Made by a program: the position numbers and the translations under genes
Part shown: one piece after another, positions 1 to 9,317 of the stretch
Layout: each line of letters opens with the position of its first letter
How positions within the stretch are numbered: position 1 is the first letter of the stretch
The notes under the pieces: generated by a model
The model's input: only the letters and a program-made list of their open reading frames with translations
What the model was told of the DNA's origin: nothing
Database searches by the model: none
Assembly: GCA_963666515.2 (NCBI GenBank)
Contig: OY762897.2
Span: forward strand, 1,568,001-1,632,000
Length of the DNA: 64,000 bases
Direction: 5' to 3'
Origin: Candidatus Binatia bacterium
Lineage (GTDB): Bacteria > Desulfobacterota > Binatia > UBA9968 > JAJDTQ01

Positions 1-16
1 AGTGGAGACGGGCCAT
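1..16 (-). CDS. Start of a gene running off the window edge, possibly DUF4276/TOPRIM-like partner of the AAA ATPase
   Basis: ATG (16-14) overlaps the ATPase TAA (TAATG) and reads MARLH. Only 5 codons are visible; the family guess rests on the usual COG4637-DUF4276 pairing. Confidence 0.35.
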
Positions 17-1122
17 TAGCGAGGCCCCGCGCCGATGACGTTCTTCTCCCAGATCTCGCCGAGCGAATACTCATCCAGCCATGCGTCAAGCTTGTCGGCG
101 TCTGGTCTGTAGAACTCCGTAGCTTCACCGTTTCGCTCGACAACGACGATGTCCTCTGGTGCAAAACTGTCGAGAAACGCACTGGACTGCGTGCTGACGA
201 GAACTTGAGCGTGATGGCTTGCGGCTCGAAACAGCGAAGCAATCAGATTGAGCGCATACGGATGCAATCCGAGCTCCGGTTCGTCCACCACGATCAGGCA
301 AGGGAGTGCTTCCTTGGGTTGCAACAGGAGTGAAATCAGGCAGATGGCACGCAGCGTACCGTCCGAGAGCTGATGGGGACCGAAAACGAGATCGGAACTC
401 CTGTGGCGCCAGTTGAGGACAATGTCTCTGTCGGCCGGTCCGGTCGGCTCCAGTTCGAAGTCTTCGAAGAACGGCGCCGCCTGCCGGACCGTCGCGACGA
501 TCCGGCGATACACCGCTTCCTTGCAGGACTTCAGCTCATACAATATCGCCGCCAGGTTCGCCGCGTCGGGCATGAGCCAGCGATTGTCGCCGACGTAGCA
601 ATACTGCCGGACTCTCGCGGTCGGCGAAGTATCGTGGAAGTGGTAGACCCGGCAGTGATTCAGCAAATACCTCAGCGTTTTCGCCGTAATGTCGCCTTCC
701 TCCGCTTTATCTCCGATCCGTGTTTCCTGATGGCCGCTCCCCAACGGCACCTCCTTGGGTTCCGTATATCCCGTCTGATGGAAGAAGAGTTGCTCGTTGG
801 CAAAGATCAGGGAGTCCCCAGCGGCGTGGAACAGTCTCATCCGGTAGGTGTCCGTCCCGTTATCAACCTCGAACTCCATTTCCGCTTCCAGTTGAAGCGT
901 CGTCCTCGGACCGAAGTGCAGATTGCCTGTAGCGCGTCCGGTGGTTCCGATATGTTGCTGAAGCCGTCCAGCCATCAGTTCGTTCACCAACTTGAAGAAG
1001 GCAATGAGATTGCTCTTCCCGGCCCCGTTGGCGCCGATCAGGACATTGAGCGGTCGGAGTTCCAGACCCATCTCCTTGATGGATCGAAAGCCCTTGATCT
1101 GGATTCTCTTCAGGCTCGACAT
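16..1122 (-). CDS. AAA_21/COG4637 ABC-type ATPase (RecF/SMC-like, defence-associated)
   Basis: Walker A GANGAGKSN, signature LSDGT, Walker B/D-loop IVVDEPELGLHP, H-loop variant STQS, C-terminal YSLGEIWEKNVIG. Confidence 0.9.
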   Translation of the reverse strand: MSSLKRIQIKGFRSIKEMGLELRPLNVLIGANGAGKSNLIAFFKLVNELMAGRLQQHIGTTGRATGNLHFGPRTTLQLEAEMEFEVDNGTDTYRMRLFHAAGDSLIFANEQLFFHQTGYTEPKEVPLGSGHQETRIGDKAEEGDITAKTLRYLLNHCRVYHFHDTSPTARVRQYCYVGDNRWLMPDAANLAAILYELKSCKEAVYRRIVATVRQAAPFFEDFELEPTGPADRDIVLNWRHRSSDLVFGPHQLSDGTLRAICLISLLLQPKEALPCLIVVDEPELGLHPYALNLIASLFRAASHHAQVLVSTQSSAFLDSFAPEDIVVVERNGEATEFYRPDADKLDAWLDEYSLGEIWEKNVIGAGPR

Positions 1123-1277
1123 GGTCCATTCTCCTCACCTACCCCGGAGCTCCTGTGACGATGCATCAAGCACCTGCATCATCACCCCATCTTTACCATA
1201 CTGCTGCATAAAGACCACGAAGTCGGGATGTTATGGGACCGGAGAGCCCTTCACCCGACATCGCACTGATTCCCGAT

Positions 1278-1307
1278 GTCGGATTACGCTTTGCTAATCC
1301 GACCTGC
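1278..1307. repeat. REP-like palindrome (GTAG-type)
   Basis: GTCGGATTA-N8-TAATCCGAC followed by CTGC; intergenic, overlapping a second hairpin CCGACATCG/CGATGTCGG (1255-1282). Confidence 0.55.
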
Positions 1308-1325
1308 GCTGGAAATGGGCTCTGG

Positions 1326-2273
1326 TTAGTGGCCCGCCACGTCTTCCAGGTCCGCTACAAAGTCCCTGAACGCCTCCTCCATCGTGTACCGCGGCTCCCA
1401 TCCGAGAAGGTTCCTGGCCGTGGAGCAGTCCAAGGGCTGCTTCACCTGCAGCGGGGGCAGCGGACCGGGCAGGATTTCGACTTCCAGAGTTGGCAGAACT
1501 CGTTTGATCGCGGCGATCAACTCCTCAAAGGTCAGCACTTCGCCGCTGCCGATGTTGAAGTGCGTCTGGGCCGGCAGCGGGATGGTGGCGGCGATGTCGA
1601 CGGCGCGGCCCACGTCCTTGGCGTAGACGTACTCGAAGTCCGTAGTCAGGGGCCGGGGCACGCGCGCCACCTCGCCACGCAGGGCGCATTGCACGAGGGT
1701 TTGAATGAGCCGGCCGCCGGAGGAGCCGCCGTGGAAATTGCCGAGCCCGTAGAGCTTCGCCAGCCGCAGAGCGATCACCTCGAAGCCGTACAGGCCCTGG
1801 TAGGCCTCCACCATCAGCTCCTTGGCCACCTTGGTGTTGTCGTAGAGTCTGCCGTTCCCGCGCGGAAAATCCTCGCGCAACGGCGCCGGACAGTCACGGC
1901 GCTGGTCGTAGACGCTGAGCGAGCTGATGAGCACGAGACGCCGCACACCGGCCAGCCTCACGGCTTCCAGGACGTTGATCGTCCCCATCACGTTGATGTT
2001 GACTCCAGTGTAGGGGGCTTCCGCGACCTTGTTGCCGATCAAACCGGCGGTGTGCACCACGGTGTCCACGCGGTGCTTCGTCATGGCGTGAAGCAGCGCG
2101 GGCAGGTCGAGGATGTCGCCCTGGACGAACTCGACGTCCGCGCCTGGAAGTCTGCTCCCGATGAAGTCGCCCAGGGGCTGCGCGTCATAGAAGACCAGCG
2201 GGACATCCCTTCGCACGGCGAACTGGGCGAAGGAGGTCCCCACCAGTCCCGCACCGGTGATGAGCGTGGTCAG
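1326..2273 (-). CDS. NAD-dependent epimerase/dehydratase (extended SDR), probable CTG start
   Basis: TLITGAGLVG Rossmann motif lies upstream of the ORF-track start; HTAG, SSLSVY and YDNTK (YxxxK) motifs. CTG at 2273 overlaps the upstream TGA, with GGAG 7 nt before it. Confidence 0.85.
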   Translation of the reverse strand: MTTLITGAGLVGTSFAQFAVRRDVPLVFYDAQPLGDFIGSRLPGADVEFVQGDILDLPALLHAMTKHRVDTVVHTAGLIGNKVAEAPYTGVNINVMGTINVLEAVRLAGVRRLVLISSLSVYDQRRDCPAPLREDFPRGNGRLYDNTKVAKELMVEAYQGLYGFEVIALRLAKLYGLGNFHGGSSGGRLIQTLVQCALRGEVARVPRPLTTDFEYVYAKDVGRAVDIAATIPLPAQTHFNIGSGEVLTFEELIAAIKRVLPTLEVEILPGPLPPLQVKQPLDCSTARNLLGWEPRYTMEEAFRDFVADLEDVAGH

Positions 2274-3652
2274 CGGTCGTCTCCGTTCCCGGAGAGGAAA
2301 TAGCCGCCCGTTATCGCATCATGCCAAGTCTTGGCGACGCCCGGCGCCACGCCGAGGGGGAGGTCCACCTCCGGCGTCCAGTAGGAGTGGACACCGGCCT
2401 GGAAGTGCATGAGCGCGGTCTTGGGGGCCGGCTCCATGCGAGCGTACATGGGCATCACCATGGTGCGATAGGCGTCGGCGGCGTGATCGCGGCTGTCCTT
2501 GGTGACGCAGAACAGGACCGGCGGAACCGGTTTGACACCGGCTCCCTGGAGTTCGCGGCCGTAGCTCAGGTACTGCTTCACCAGCGCCTCGGTGCCGGCC
2601 TGATCAAGGCCCAGGCGGCCTGCGGTGACCCGGGCGGCCTCCTCCAGCGACGGCTCGATGTTGGTGCTGACGATGTACTCGCACTTGAACTGGGGCTGGT
2701 CCTTGGCGGCATCCCAGGCCTCCATCACCTCCTCGATCACCATCGGCAGCCGCATGAGTGCCACGGGGCCGTCCTGCCCCAGCTTCTCCGGGCCGATGTA
2801 GCGCGCCTTGTCGCGCCAGGTGCGGACGTACAGCTCGTAGAACGGGTCCACCCGGCTGGTCTCGGTGACTCGCCGTTCGTAGTCGCCGATGGCGCCCAGG
2901 GAGCCCTGTTCCGCGAGCTTGGCTTCGTTGATGTAGCCGAAGGCCGAGTTCTCCACCGCCATGACACCTGCGATGTTGGGCACCCGCTGGGACAGCATGA
3001 AGACGAACGGGCCGCCGGTGGAGTGGCCGTGCACGTAGACGGAGTACTTCCCGTCCGGCAGGTTCCGCGCCATCACCTGCTTGCCGCCCTCCTCGAAGGC
3101 CGCCGGCCAGCCCGCCAGCCGGTGCCAGAAGGTGGTGCCGGGCCTGGCATGGAGCACGGTGCGGGTGCCGTAGCGCTCGCGGAGGGAGCTGTCCTTCACC
3201 ACCTCGTACTGGTCCGGGGTGATGTGCTCGCCGGTGAGCCACATGGGCGTGCGGATGGTTCCGTCCGGGTTGATGGTGTCGCCGGGCCAGTTGCGCGACG
3301 GGTCGTCCAGGTAGAGACGGCCCGGATAGGTCATGGCGGCGACCTTGAAGCCAAACTTGCCGGCCAGGAGCCGGGCCACCGGCGCCATGGTCTTGAAGTC
3401 GCCGTCGCCCCCCGACAGCAGATAGGCCCCCGCCTTGCGGCCGTCGGCTCCCACGACGATCTTCGCGGGGTCCTCCGGCTCGTATATCTGTGCGCCCACG
3501 TCCCAGTCCATGCCAACCGCCCGGATGCGGACCAGGTCCTCGTATTCCTTCAGCGAGATGTCCGGCATCGCCAGCACCGCGCGGGAGTCCGCGAGGCACT
3601 GCTCCCGCGACACCTCCGTGGGAGGAGTCCACACCGCGAATCGATCTATCAT
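2270..3652 (-). CDS. Uncharacterised alpha/beta-hydrolase-fold protein
   Basis: Nucleophile elbow VHGHSTGG, candidate Asp (TKDSRDH) and His (AGVHSY); GC-rich codon usage. Confidence 0.65.
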   Translation of the reverse strand: MIDRFAVWTPPTEVSREQCLADSRAVLAMPDISLKEYEDLVRIRAVGMDWDVGAQIYEPEDPAKIVVGADGRKAGAYLLSGGDGDFKTMAPVARLLAGKFGFKVAAMTYPGRLYLDDPSRNWPGDTINPDGTIRTPMWLTGEHITPDQYEVVKDSSLRERYGTRTVLHARPGTTFWHRLAGWPAAFEEGGKQVMARNLPDGKYSVYVHGHSTGGPFVFMLSQRVPNIAGVMAVENSAFGYINEAKLAEQGSLGAIGDYERRVTETSRVDPFYELYVRTWRDKARYIGPEKLGQDGPVALMRLPMVIEEVMEAWDAAKDQPQFKCEYIVSTNIEPSLEEAARVTAGRLGLDQAGTEALVKQYLSYGRELQGAGVKPVPPVLFCVTKDSRDHAADAYRTMVMPMYARMEPAPKTALMHFQAGVHSYWTPEVDLPLGVAPGVAKTWHDAITGGYFLSGNGDDR

Positions 3653-3995
3653 GTGCTTCTCCTATCCAGGTAGCATTGACTGTCAGCGGGCGTGCAGCAA
3701 CCGCCAGGATTACCAAGCGAACAACGGAGAGGGCGAACCAGTCTCAGCAGTGCCGCTCGATGTACTTAAGCGGTTCCTCGTGATCGAGCACACGTATACC
3801 ACCCGCTACGCGGCCATGAACGACCACGCGATTGCCGACATTTGTGAAGAGAAATTCTCACACCCGTTCCACTGCGACCAAACAAGATGACTTAACCCCA
3901 GTGGAAGTCCACAGCGTCGGGTTCAACCATGCATTCCAGCGTTCGCCAAAGGAAACCGCGACACCGGCGTCAAGGCTACATCCTTTCGCACGCAA

Positions 3996-5291
3996 CTACC
4001 CTTTCTGTTTCGATGACAACTTCTTCGAGATTTCGATGAGCTGCTCGGACAATTCCAGATTGTCAAGTGGAAGAAGTTCCGGTGTGGTGATCTCGGACAT
4101 CCTTGCGAATTCTGCCAGCGCCTTTGATGTAATATCTGTCACGTCCCCTAGAAGTTTCAGTGTGTCGAATGTGTTACGGGCCGCCTGCACGTCTTCGTGA
4201 GCTTGGCGCAACAGGTCCCCTGTTGTTCCACGGTGTTCTTTCAACCACTCTCGGTAAAGAGCCATTGCTCGACCTGTCTTGCGAAGGAGTCGAATGTTGT
4301 TCTCCACGGCCGCGCGGTTCTCATCTCCGGTCATTTTGGCAAGAATGCCTTCGCTGTCTCGAAGCGTCTCTTGTCTCCTGCCTTCCAGCTCATCCAAACC
4401 GCTTAGGTACACGGAGTCGTAGTTCTCGAGATGCCTTGCATGAAGTCGCTCCACGATGAGTCGGACAACGAACGCATATCCGTAATACTGCAAGAGTACC
4501 TCTGGTGGTGTTTCTCGTTCAATAGAGTTCCGAATGTGCTCCTCAACTCTGACAAGCACTTTGGCAACTACAACTCCCTCCACGAGTTCGGCCCCGTTGA
4601 TCTGATACAGCAAGGCTTTCACCTCTGATAGCTCAAGCGTTTGACCGAACTCTTTCTTCAGGAGTTTACGAAAGCGCTCAAAGAGTTCATCGCGTGTTCG
4701 CTCCTGCTCATCGATTTGCGCGAGCAGGTCCCGCATTTGCTCACCGGGGTCCTTGTCAATCCAATTGAGCATACGTCCCACAAGGCCCGGCCTGTCAGAA
4801 GGTCGCAGCGCATCGAGTTTCTGTTCGGTTTCCAACTTTGATTTCTCCGCATTCAATCGGTCGAGGCTTGTGTCGATCTCCTGCAGGTTTTCTCGTTCAC
4901 TGAGATAGCTGTCGGGAAGCAGGATCGAAAGTGCATCGTCGAGATAGTCGTTGAGGTCCTCTTGATATGACTCCTTGTCCCAAATCACGAACATGCCCGA
5001 ATCGGGCGCCTTATCCCTCTTCTGAATCGTTTCTTGAATTGACGGAAGCTCGTCCTCCATGTGGCGAATAAGCTGAAAAGCGTGAGAGTCCCAGAGTGCA
5101 GTTTGAGAATAAAGGGGAATTGGACTGAGGAGCGCGATTGGCGAAATTAACCCAACTAGAAGAAGCGAAACAATCAACTGCTTGCCCTGCTCCAGACTCC
5201 AAACTGGCTCCCGGCGAAACTCGGGGCAAACCAACAGCTTGGGAAATCCGTGCATTCGTTCCCGATTTGTCATCTTCCTTTCCTTCTTCAA
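3996..5291 (-). CDS. Hypothetical exported/membrane-anchored coiled-coil protein (start uncertain)
   Basis: 431-aa ORF with hydrophobic segment LIVSLLLVGLISPIALL, then E/L/R-rich helical sequence; AT-richer than its neighbours. Confidence 0.7.
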   Translation of the reverse strand: MKKERKMTNRERMHGFPKLLVCPEFRREPVWSLEQGKQLIVSLLLVGLISPIALLSPIPLYSQTALWDSHAFQLIRHMEDELPSIQETIQKRDKAPDSGMFVIWDKESYQEDLNDYLDDALSILLPDSYLSERENLQEIDTSLDRLNAEKSKLETEQKLDALRPSDRPGLVGRMLNWIDKDPGEQMRDLLAQIDEQERTRDELFERFRKLLKKEFGQTLELSEVKALLYQINGAELVEGVVVAKVLVRVEEHIRNSIERETPPEVLLQYYGYAFVVRLIVERLHARHLENYDSVYLSGLDELEGRRQETLRDSEGILAKMTGDENRAAVENNIRLLRKTGRAMALYREWLKEHRGTTGDLLRQAHEDVQAARNTFDTLKLLGDVTDITSKALAEFARMSEITTPELLPLDNLELSEQLIEISKKLSSKQKG

Positions 5292-5462
5292 TTTGCGCCC
5301 CTGTCTAAGCTAGCGCTAGCTAGCATTCGGCAAATCCACTTGGTCCCAGTGGGTGCTATCCGCATGCGCGACCAAACGCGGTCAGCGAAGAACTACGCTG
5401 CGTTCGTCCGTTACAGGCGACAGAATTTCCAGCAGCTTTCGATGTATGCCACCCCTGACCGA

Positions 5463-6602
5463 CTACTCCACCCCGTACAGCCTAGCGCAGTTGGTCCAGA
5501 GTATCTTCTCCAGGGACTCCTTCCTGAGGCCCGGCAACGAGGTGAAGGTGGAGACCGCCTCGGGCCAGCGGGAGTCGATGTGGGGGTAGTCGGTGGAGAA
5601 AACGATGTTGTCATCGCCCAGGTAGTCGATGACGTTGACCACCAGGCCCTCGTCCACGTCCGCGGAGATGAAGCACTGCTCGCGGAAGTACTCGCTGGGC
5701 TTCTTGCGCAGCGGAATCTCGGCCATGGCCCCCTGAAGCTCGCAGTACTCGTCCAGGCGGTACATGAGCCACGGCAGCCAACTGCAGTTGCCCTCCAGAA
5801 AGGCCACACGCAGCTTGGGGAAGCGCTCCAGCACGCCGCCGGCGCAGAAGGCGCTGACCGCCAGGATCAGTTCCACGGGATTGCGTAGCGGGTTGACCAG
5901 CAGCTCTTCGTTGGGGTGTCCTTCGAACCGCCGCGACACCTGCACCTGGTTGGGCCGGGCCGGCGGATGGAAGCAGATGGGCACGTCCAGATCTATGGCT
6001 TCCGCCCACAGGGGGTCGAACTCCCGGTCGTGGATATGGCGCCCATTGATGGGCTCCGGACAGAGGGACAACCCGATGGCGCCCAGCTCCTTCACCGACC
6101 GCCGGGCCTCCCGGACCGCCAGATCCACGTCGTGCAGCGTGATCAGCGCCGAGCCCTTGAGCCGCGCCGGATCGGCGCTGCAGAAGTCGTGCATCCACTC
6201 GTTCCAGGCCTTGCAGAGGTCATTGGCGTACTCGGGCTCGAAGTCCTCGTTGGTGTGCAGCGGCGAGGTGCGAAACTGAACGGCCACGTCCAGCCCCTCC
6301 TCGTCCATGGCTTCGATCTGCGACAGGTTGTTGTAGTTCTGGCTGGCGGGCCGGACATACGCCTCCTTCTGGCGTTTCTCGTGGAAGCTCACGACCTTGC
6401 CCGGGGTCCGGATGGGGCTGCCGTCGCCCAGCACATACCGGGTCATGCCGTGCCGGGTGAGCCCCTTTCCCTCGCGCTCCTCGCGGGGGGCTCCGCGGGG
6501 AATGCGGTCTCCCCACTTGGGGTTCATGTAGTTGAGGTAGAGGTCATGGGGCTCGAACACGTGCATGTCGCTGTCGAGTATCCTCAGGCCGTCTCTCGTC
6601 AT
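5463..6602 (-). CDS. Amidohydrolase_2 family protein
   Basis: ILDSDMH, PICFH, AFLEGNCSWLP, FSTDYPH motifs. Confidence 0.92.
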   Translation of the reverse strand: MTRDGLRILDSDMHVFEPHDLYLNYMNPKWGDRIPRGAPREEREGKGLTRHGMTRYVLGDGSPIRTPGKVVSFHEKRQKEAYVRPASQNYNNLSQIEAMDEEGLDVAVQFRTSPLHTNEDFEPEYANDLCKAWNEWMHDFCSADPARLKGSALITLHDVDLAVREARRSVKELGAIGLSLCPEPINGRHIHDREFDPLWAEAIDLDVPICFHPPARPNQVQVSRRFEGHPNEELLVNPLRNPVELILAVSAFCAGGVLERFPKLRVAFLEGNCSWLPWLMYRLDEYCELQGAMAEIPLRKKPSEYFREQCFISADVDEGLVVNVIDYLGDDNIVFSTDYPHIDSRWPEAVSTFTSLPGLRKESLEKILWTNCARLYGVE

Positions 6603-6632
6603 GGGATCCCTCCGTCTTCCGGGCAGGCCGTC

Positions 6633-7910
6633 TCAGCCCCGGTCCGCCTCATCGTTGGCATAGGCCTCGGCCAGGAAATCCGCGGTATGCATGACGCGGA
6701 TGGCCGAGCCCCGCTCCCGGAGCGCCGCGCGGATCTGGATAATGCAACCCGGGTTCCCGGTCACCAGCACATCGGCCCCCGTGGCCATTACGTTCCCGGC
6801 CTTTCGTGCCGCCAGCCTTCCCGCCAACTCCGGTTCCGTCAAATTGTAGCTGCCGGCGCTGCCGCAACAGACATCGGCCTCGTGGAGGTCCACCCACTCG
6901 ACGCCCGGGATGTCCTTGAGCAGCCGCCGCGGCTCCGCCTGAACGCCCTGTCCGTTCAACAGGTGGCACGCGTCATGGTAGGCCACCTTCACGTTCATGT
7001 GCCTCCTGGGCGCGAAATCGGGGAGCCCGTGGAAGAACTCTGACACATCCCGCACCTTGGCGGCAACGCGTTCGGCAGCCGGCCGGAGCACGGGATCGTC
7101 CCTGAAAAGCTCGCCGTACTCCCGCATGGCCGCGCCGCAGCCCGCCGCGTTGGTCAGCACGGCGTCGAGGTCCGGGGAATCGAAGGCCGCGATGGTCCGG
7201 CGCGCCAGTTCCAGGCCCCGCTCCCGGTCGCCGTTGTGCAGCAACAGCGCGCCGCAGCACCCGGCACCCGCCGGCGCCCGGACCTCGCAGCCGTGCCGGG
7301 ACAACAGCCGGACGGTGCTCGCGTGGGTGCCACCGAACAGGCTCTGCATCACGCAACCGGCCAGTAGGCCCACGCAGTGGCGGATCTCACCCCGCGCCGG
7401 GGTGCGTTCGGGAAGGCGCACCGACCGGAAGGTTGCCTCCCCTTCGGGCAGATAACGCAGCAGCCCGCGGACCGGTGCCGGGACCATGCCGGAACGGGCC
7501 AGGCGGTGGAGGCCCAGCCGGGTCATGCAACGCACGGCCCAGCCGAACATGCGCATGATGACCGGGTTGGGAAACGTCCGGTTCACCACCCAGCGCTTGG
7601 CGCGGTCCCGCCAGCCGCGGCGGTGCCGGGACTCGATGAAATGACGCGCCCCTTCGATGAGCGCGCCGTAGCGCACCCCGGAGGGGCACGTGGTCTCGCA
7701 CGCCCGGCAGCCGAGACAGCGGTCCAGGTGCCTGACGCTCACGTCGTCCAGCGGCACCGTCCCCTGGTCGATGGAACGCATGAGCTGAATCCGCCCCCGG
7801 GGCGAGTCCATCTCCGTCCCCAGCTCGAGGAACGTGGGACAGGACGCGACGCACAGCCCGCAGTGAACGCAGTTCCCGGAGCTTTCAAAATCGGCAACTT
7901 GTAGATTCAT
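6633..7910 (-). CDS. glcF: Glycolate oxidase iron-sulfur subunit
   Basis: Two CxxCxxCxxxCP motifs, SPRGR, two CCG domains; downstream of glcD/glcE. Confidence 0.9.
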   Translation of the reverse strand: MNLQVADFESSGNCVHCGLCVASCPTFLELGTEMDSPRGRIQLMRSIDQGTVPLDDVSVRHLDRCLGCRACETTCPSGVRYGALIEGARHFIESRHRRGWRDRAKRWVVNRTFPNPVIMRMFGWAVRCMTRLGLHRLARSGMVPAPVRGLLRYLPEGEATFRSVRLPERTPARGEIRHCVGLLAGCVMQSLFGGTHASTVRLLSRHGCEVRAPAGAGCCGALLLHNGDRERGLELARRTIAAFDSPDLDAVLTNAAGCGAAMREYGELFRDDPVLRPAAERVAAKVRDVSEFFHGLPDFAPRRHMNVKVAYHDACHLLNGQGVQAEPRRLLKDIPGVEWVDLHEADVCCGSAGSYNLTEPELAGRLAARKAGNVMATGADVLVTGNPGCIIQIRAALRERGSAIRVMHTADFLAEAYANDEADRG

Positions 7911-7930
7911 TCCTCGATCGCCACTACAGG

Positions 7931-9277
7931 TTATTCGATGCCGTCAACGAACCGTCCCGGCGACAGGATACCCTTGGGATCGAGGGTCTGCTTGATGCGT
8001 TTCATCAAGGGCAACGCCTCGATGCCCCCGCCCCAGAGGTCCAGTCCCGGCTTGATCTCCGGGGCGGCCTGCTCCACCACCAGGGTGCCGCCCAGCCGTG
8101 CGGCCTCACGGCGCAAGCGGTCCACCACGGCCCGCGCCGACGCTTGCGGCCCGGGATCATCGGGGCGCTCAACCCGCACGTGGATGATGCCGTTGCCGGC
8201 ATGGGCCTGGACGGCCATCGCCAGTCCGACGGTCCTGCCCTCGCCCTCCAGAGCCGCCACGAAGGCCGACACCCTGGTGGGCAGGACGCTGACCTTGAGC
8301 CCAAGAAAAGCCTCGCCCACCGCCCGTGAATCCCTCAACTCCACAATCGCCGCATGTGCCTCATCTTCAGCCAAGTGCTCGATCCGGTCACCGGCCTCGG
8401 CCAACGCCGTCAGCGTCGCCGACTGGGCGGCCACGTCCTCCGTCGCGCCGGCGAGCCCCACCACGACTACGCAGCCGGAACCGTCCGCCGGAAGACGCGT
8501 CACCAGTTCGATACAGGAAGGCTCCAGCGGCGCCTTGAGAATCCGTTCCAACAGCGCCTGCGCACGCGCCACGTCGCCGCAGGTCATACGGACCGCGGCC
8601 CTGGCCTCGGGCGACGTGCGCAGCTTGAAGGTGGCCTCAACGATGACGCCCAGGGTGCCCAGGGAGCCGCAATAGAGCTTACCCAGGTCGTAGCCGGCGA
8701 CGTTCTTCACCACCCGGCCGCCGCTCCTGGCCACCGAACCGTCCGCCCTCACCACAGTGACCCCGATGAGCAGGTCCCGGACGGTTCCCTGCGAGAACCG
8801 CGACGGGCCGCTCAGGTTGGCGCCGATGAGCCCGCCCACGCTGGTGGCTGCGGGCAGCGGCGGGTCCACCGGCAGCCACTGGCCGCTGCCTGCCGCGGCG
8901 GCCTGAACCGCTGTCACGCTCATGCCGGTCTGCGCCGTCAGGGTCATGTTGGCCGGCTGGTGCTCCACCAGCGCGTCCAGGGACGCCAGCGACAGCGCCA
9001 GGAACGGCCGGCACGGCGCCGCGCCCAGCCCCAGATGCGCGCCGAATCCCACGGGCACCACCGCCAGTCCCCTTGAGTGCGCGGCCGCCATGATCCGGCT
9101 GACCTGCGGCACCGACGCCGGGCAGACCACCCGCTCGGGCCGCACGCCGTCGATGGCGAACCGGGCGAAGTCGGCGGCCGTGCCCGCGGCGGGAACGTCC
9201 GGGGACTGCCGCAGGTCTTCGTCGAATCCGGACCAGTCCGGCGCCGTGGGGGCTTCCTGCTCTGGACGGGCTGCCAA
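7931..9277 (-). CDS. glcE: Glycolate oxidase FAD-binding subunit
   Basis: GGRVVKNVAGYDLGKL, GSLGTLG, C-terminal DPKGILSPGRF. Confidence 0.88.
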   Translation of the reverse strand: MAARPEQEAPTAPDWSGFDEDLRQSPDVPAAGTAADFARFAIDGVRPERVVCPASVPQVSRIMAAAHSRGLAVVPVGFGAHLGLGAAPCRPFLALSLASLDALVEHQPANMTLTAQTGMSVTAVQAAAAGSGQWLPVDPPLPAATSVGGLIGANLSGPSRFSQGTVRDLLIGVTVVRADGSVARSGGRVVKNVAGYDLGKLYCGSLGTLGVIVEATFKLRTSPEARAAVRMTCGDVARAQALLERILKAPLEPSCIELVTRLPADGSGCVVVVGLAGATEDVAAQSATLTALAEAGDRIEHLAEDEAHAAIVELRDSRAVGEAFLGLKVSVLPTRVSAFVAALEGEGRTVGLAMAVQAHAGNGIIHVRVERPDDPGPQASARAVVDRLRREAARLGGTLVVEQAAPEIKPGLDLWGGGIEALPLMKRIKQTLDPKGILSPGRFVDGIE

Positions 9278-9317
9278 ATGAATCCTCGTGACCGGTTGGG
9301 GGTACGGGACCCGGCCC

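Noticed and set aside
3660-3890. Short + strand reading frame (VPLDVLKRFLVIEHTY...)
   Set aside because: No clear start or recognisable family; may be a decayed gene fragment.
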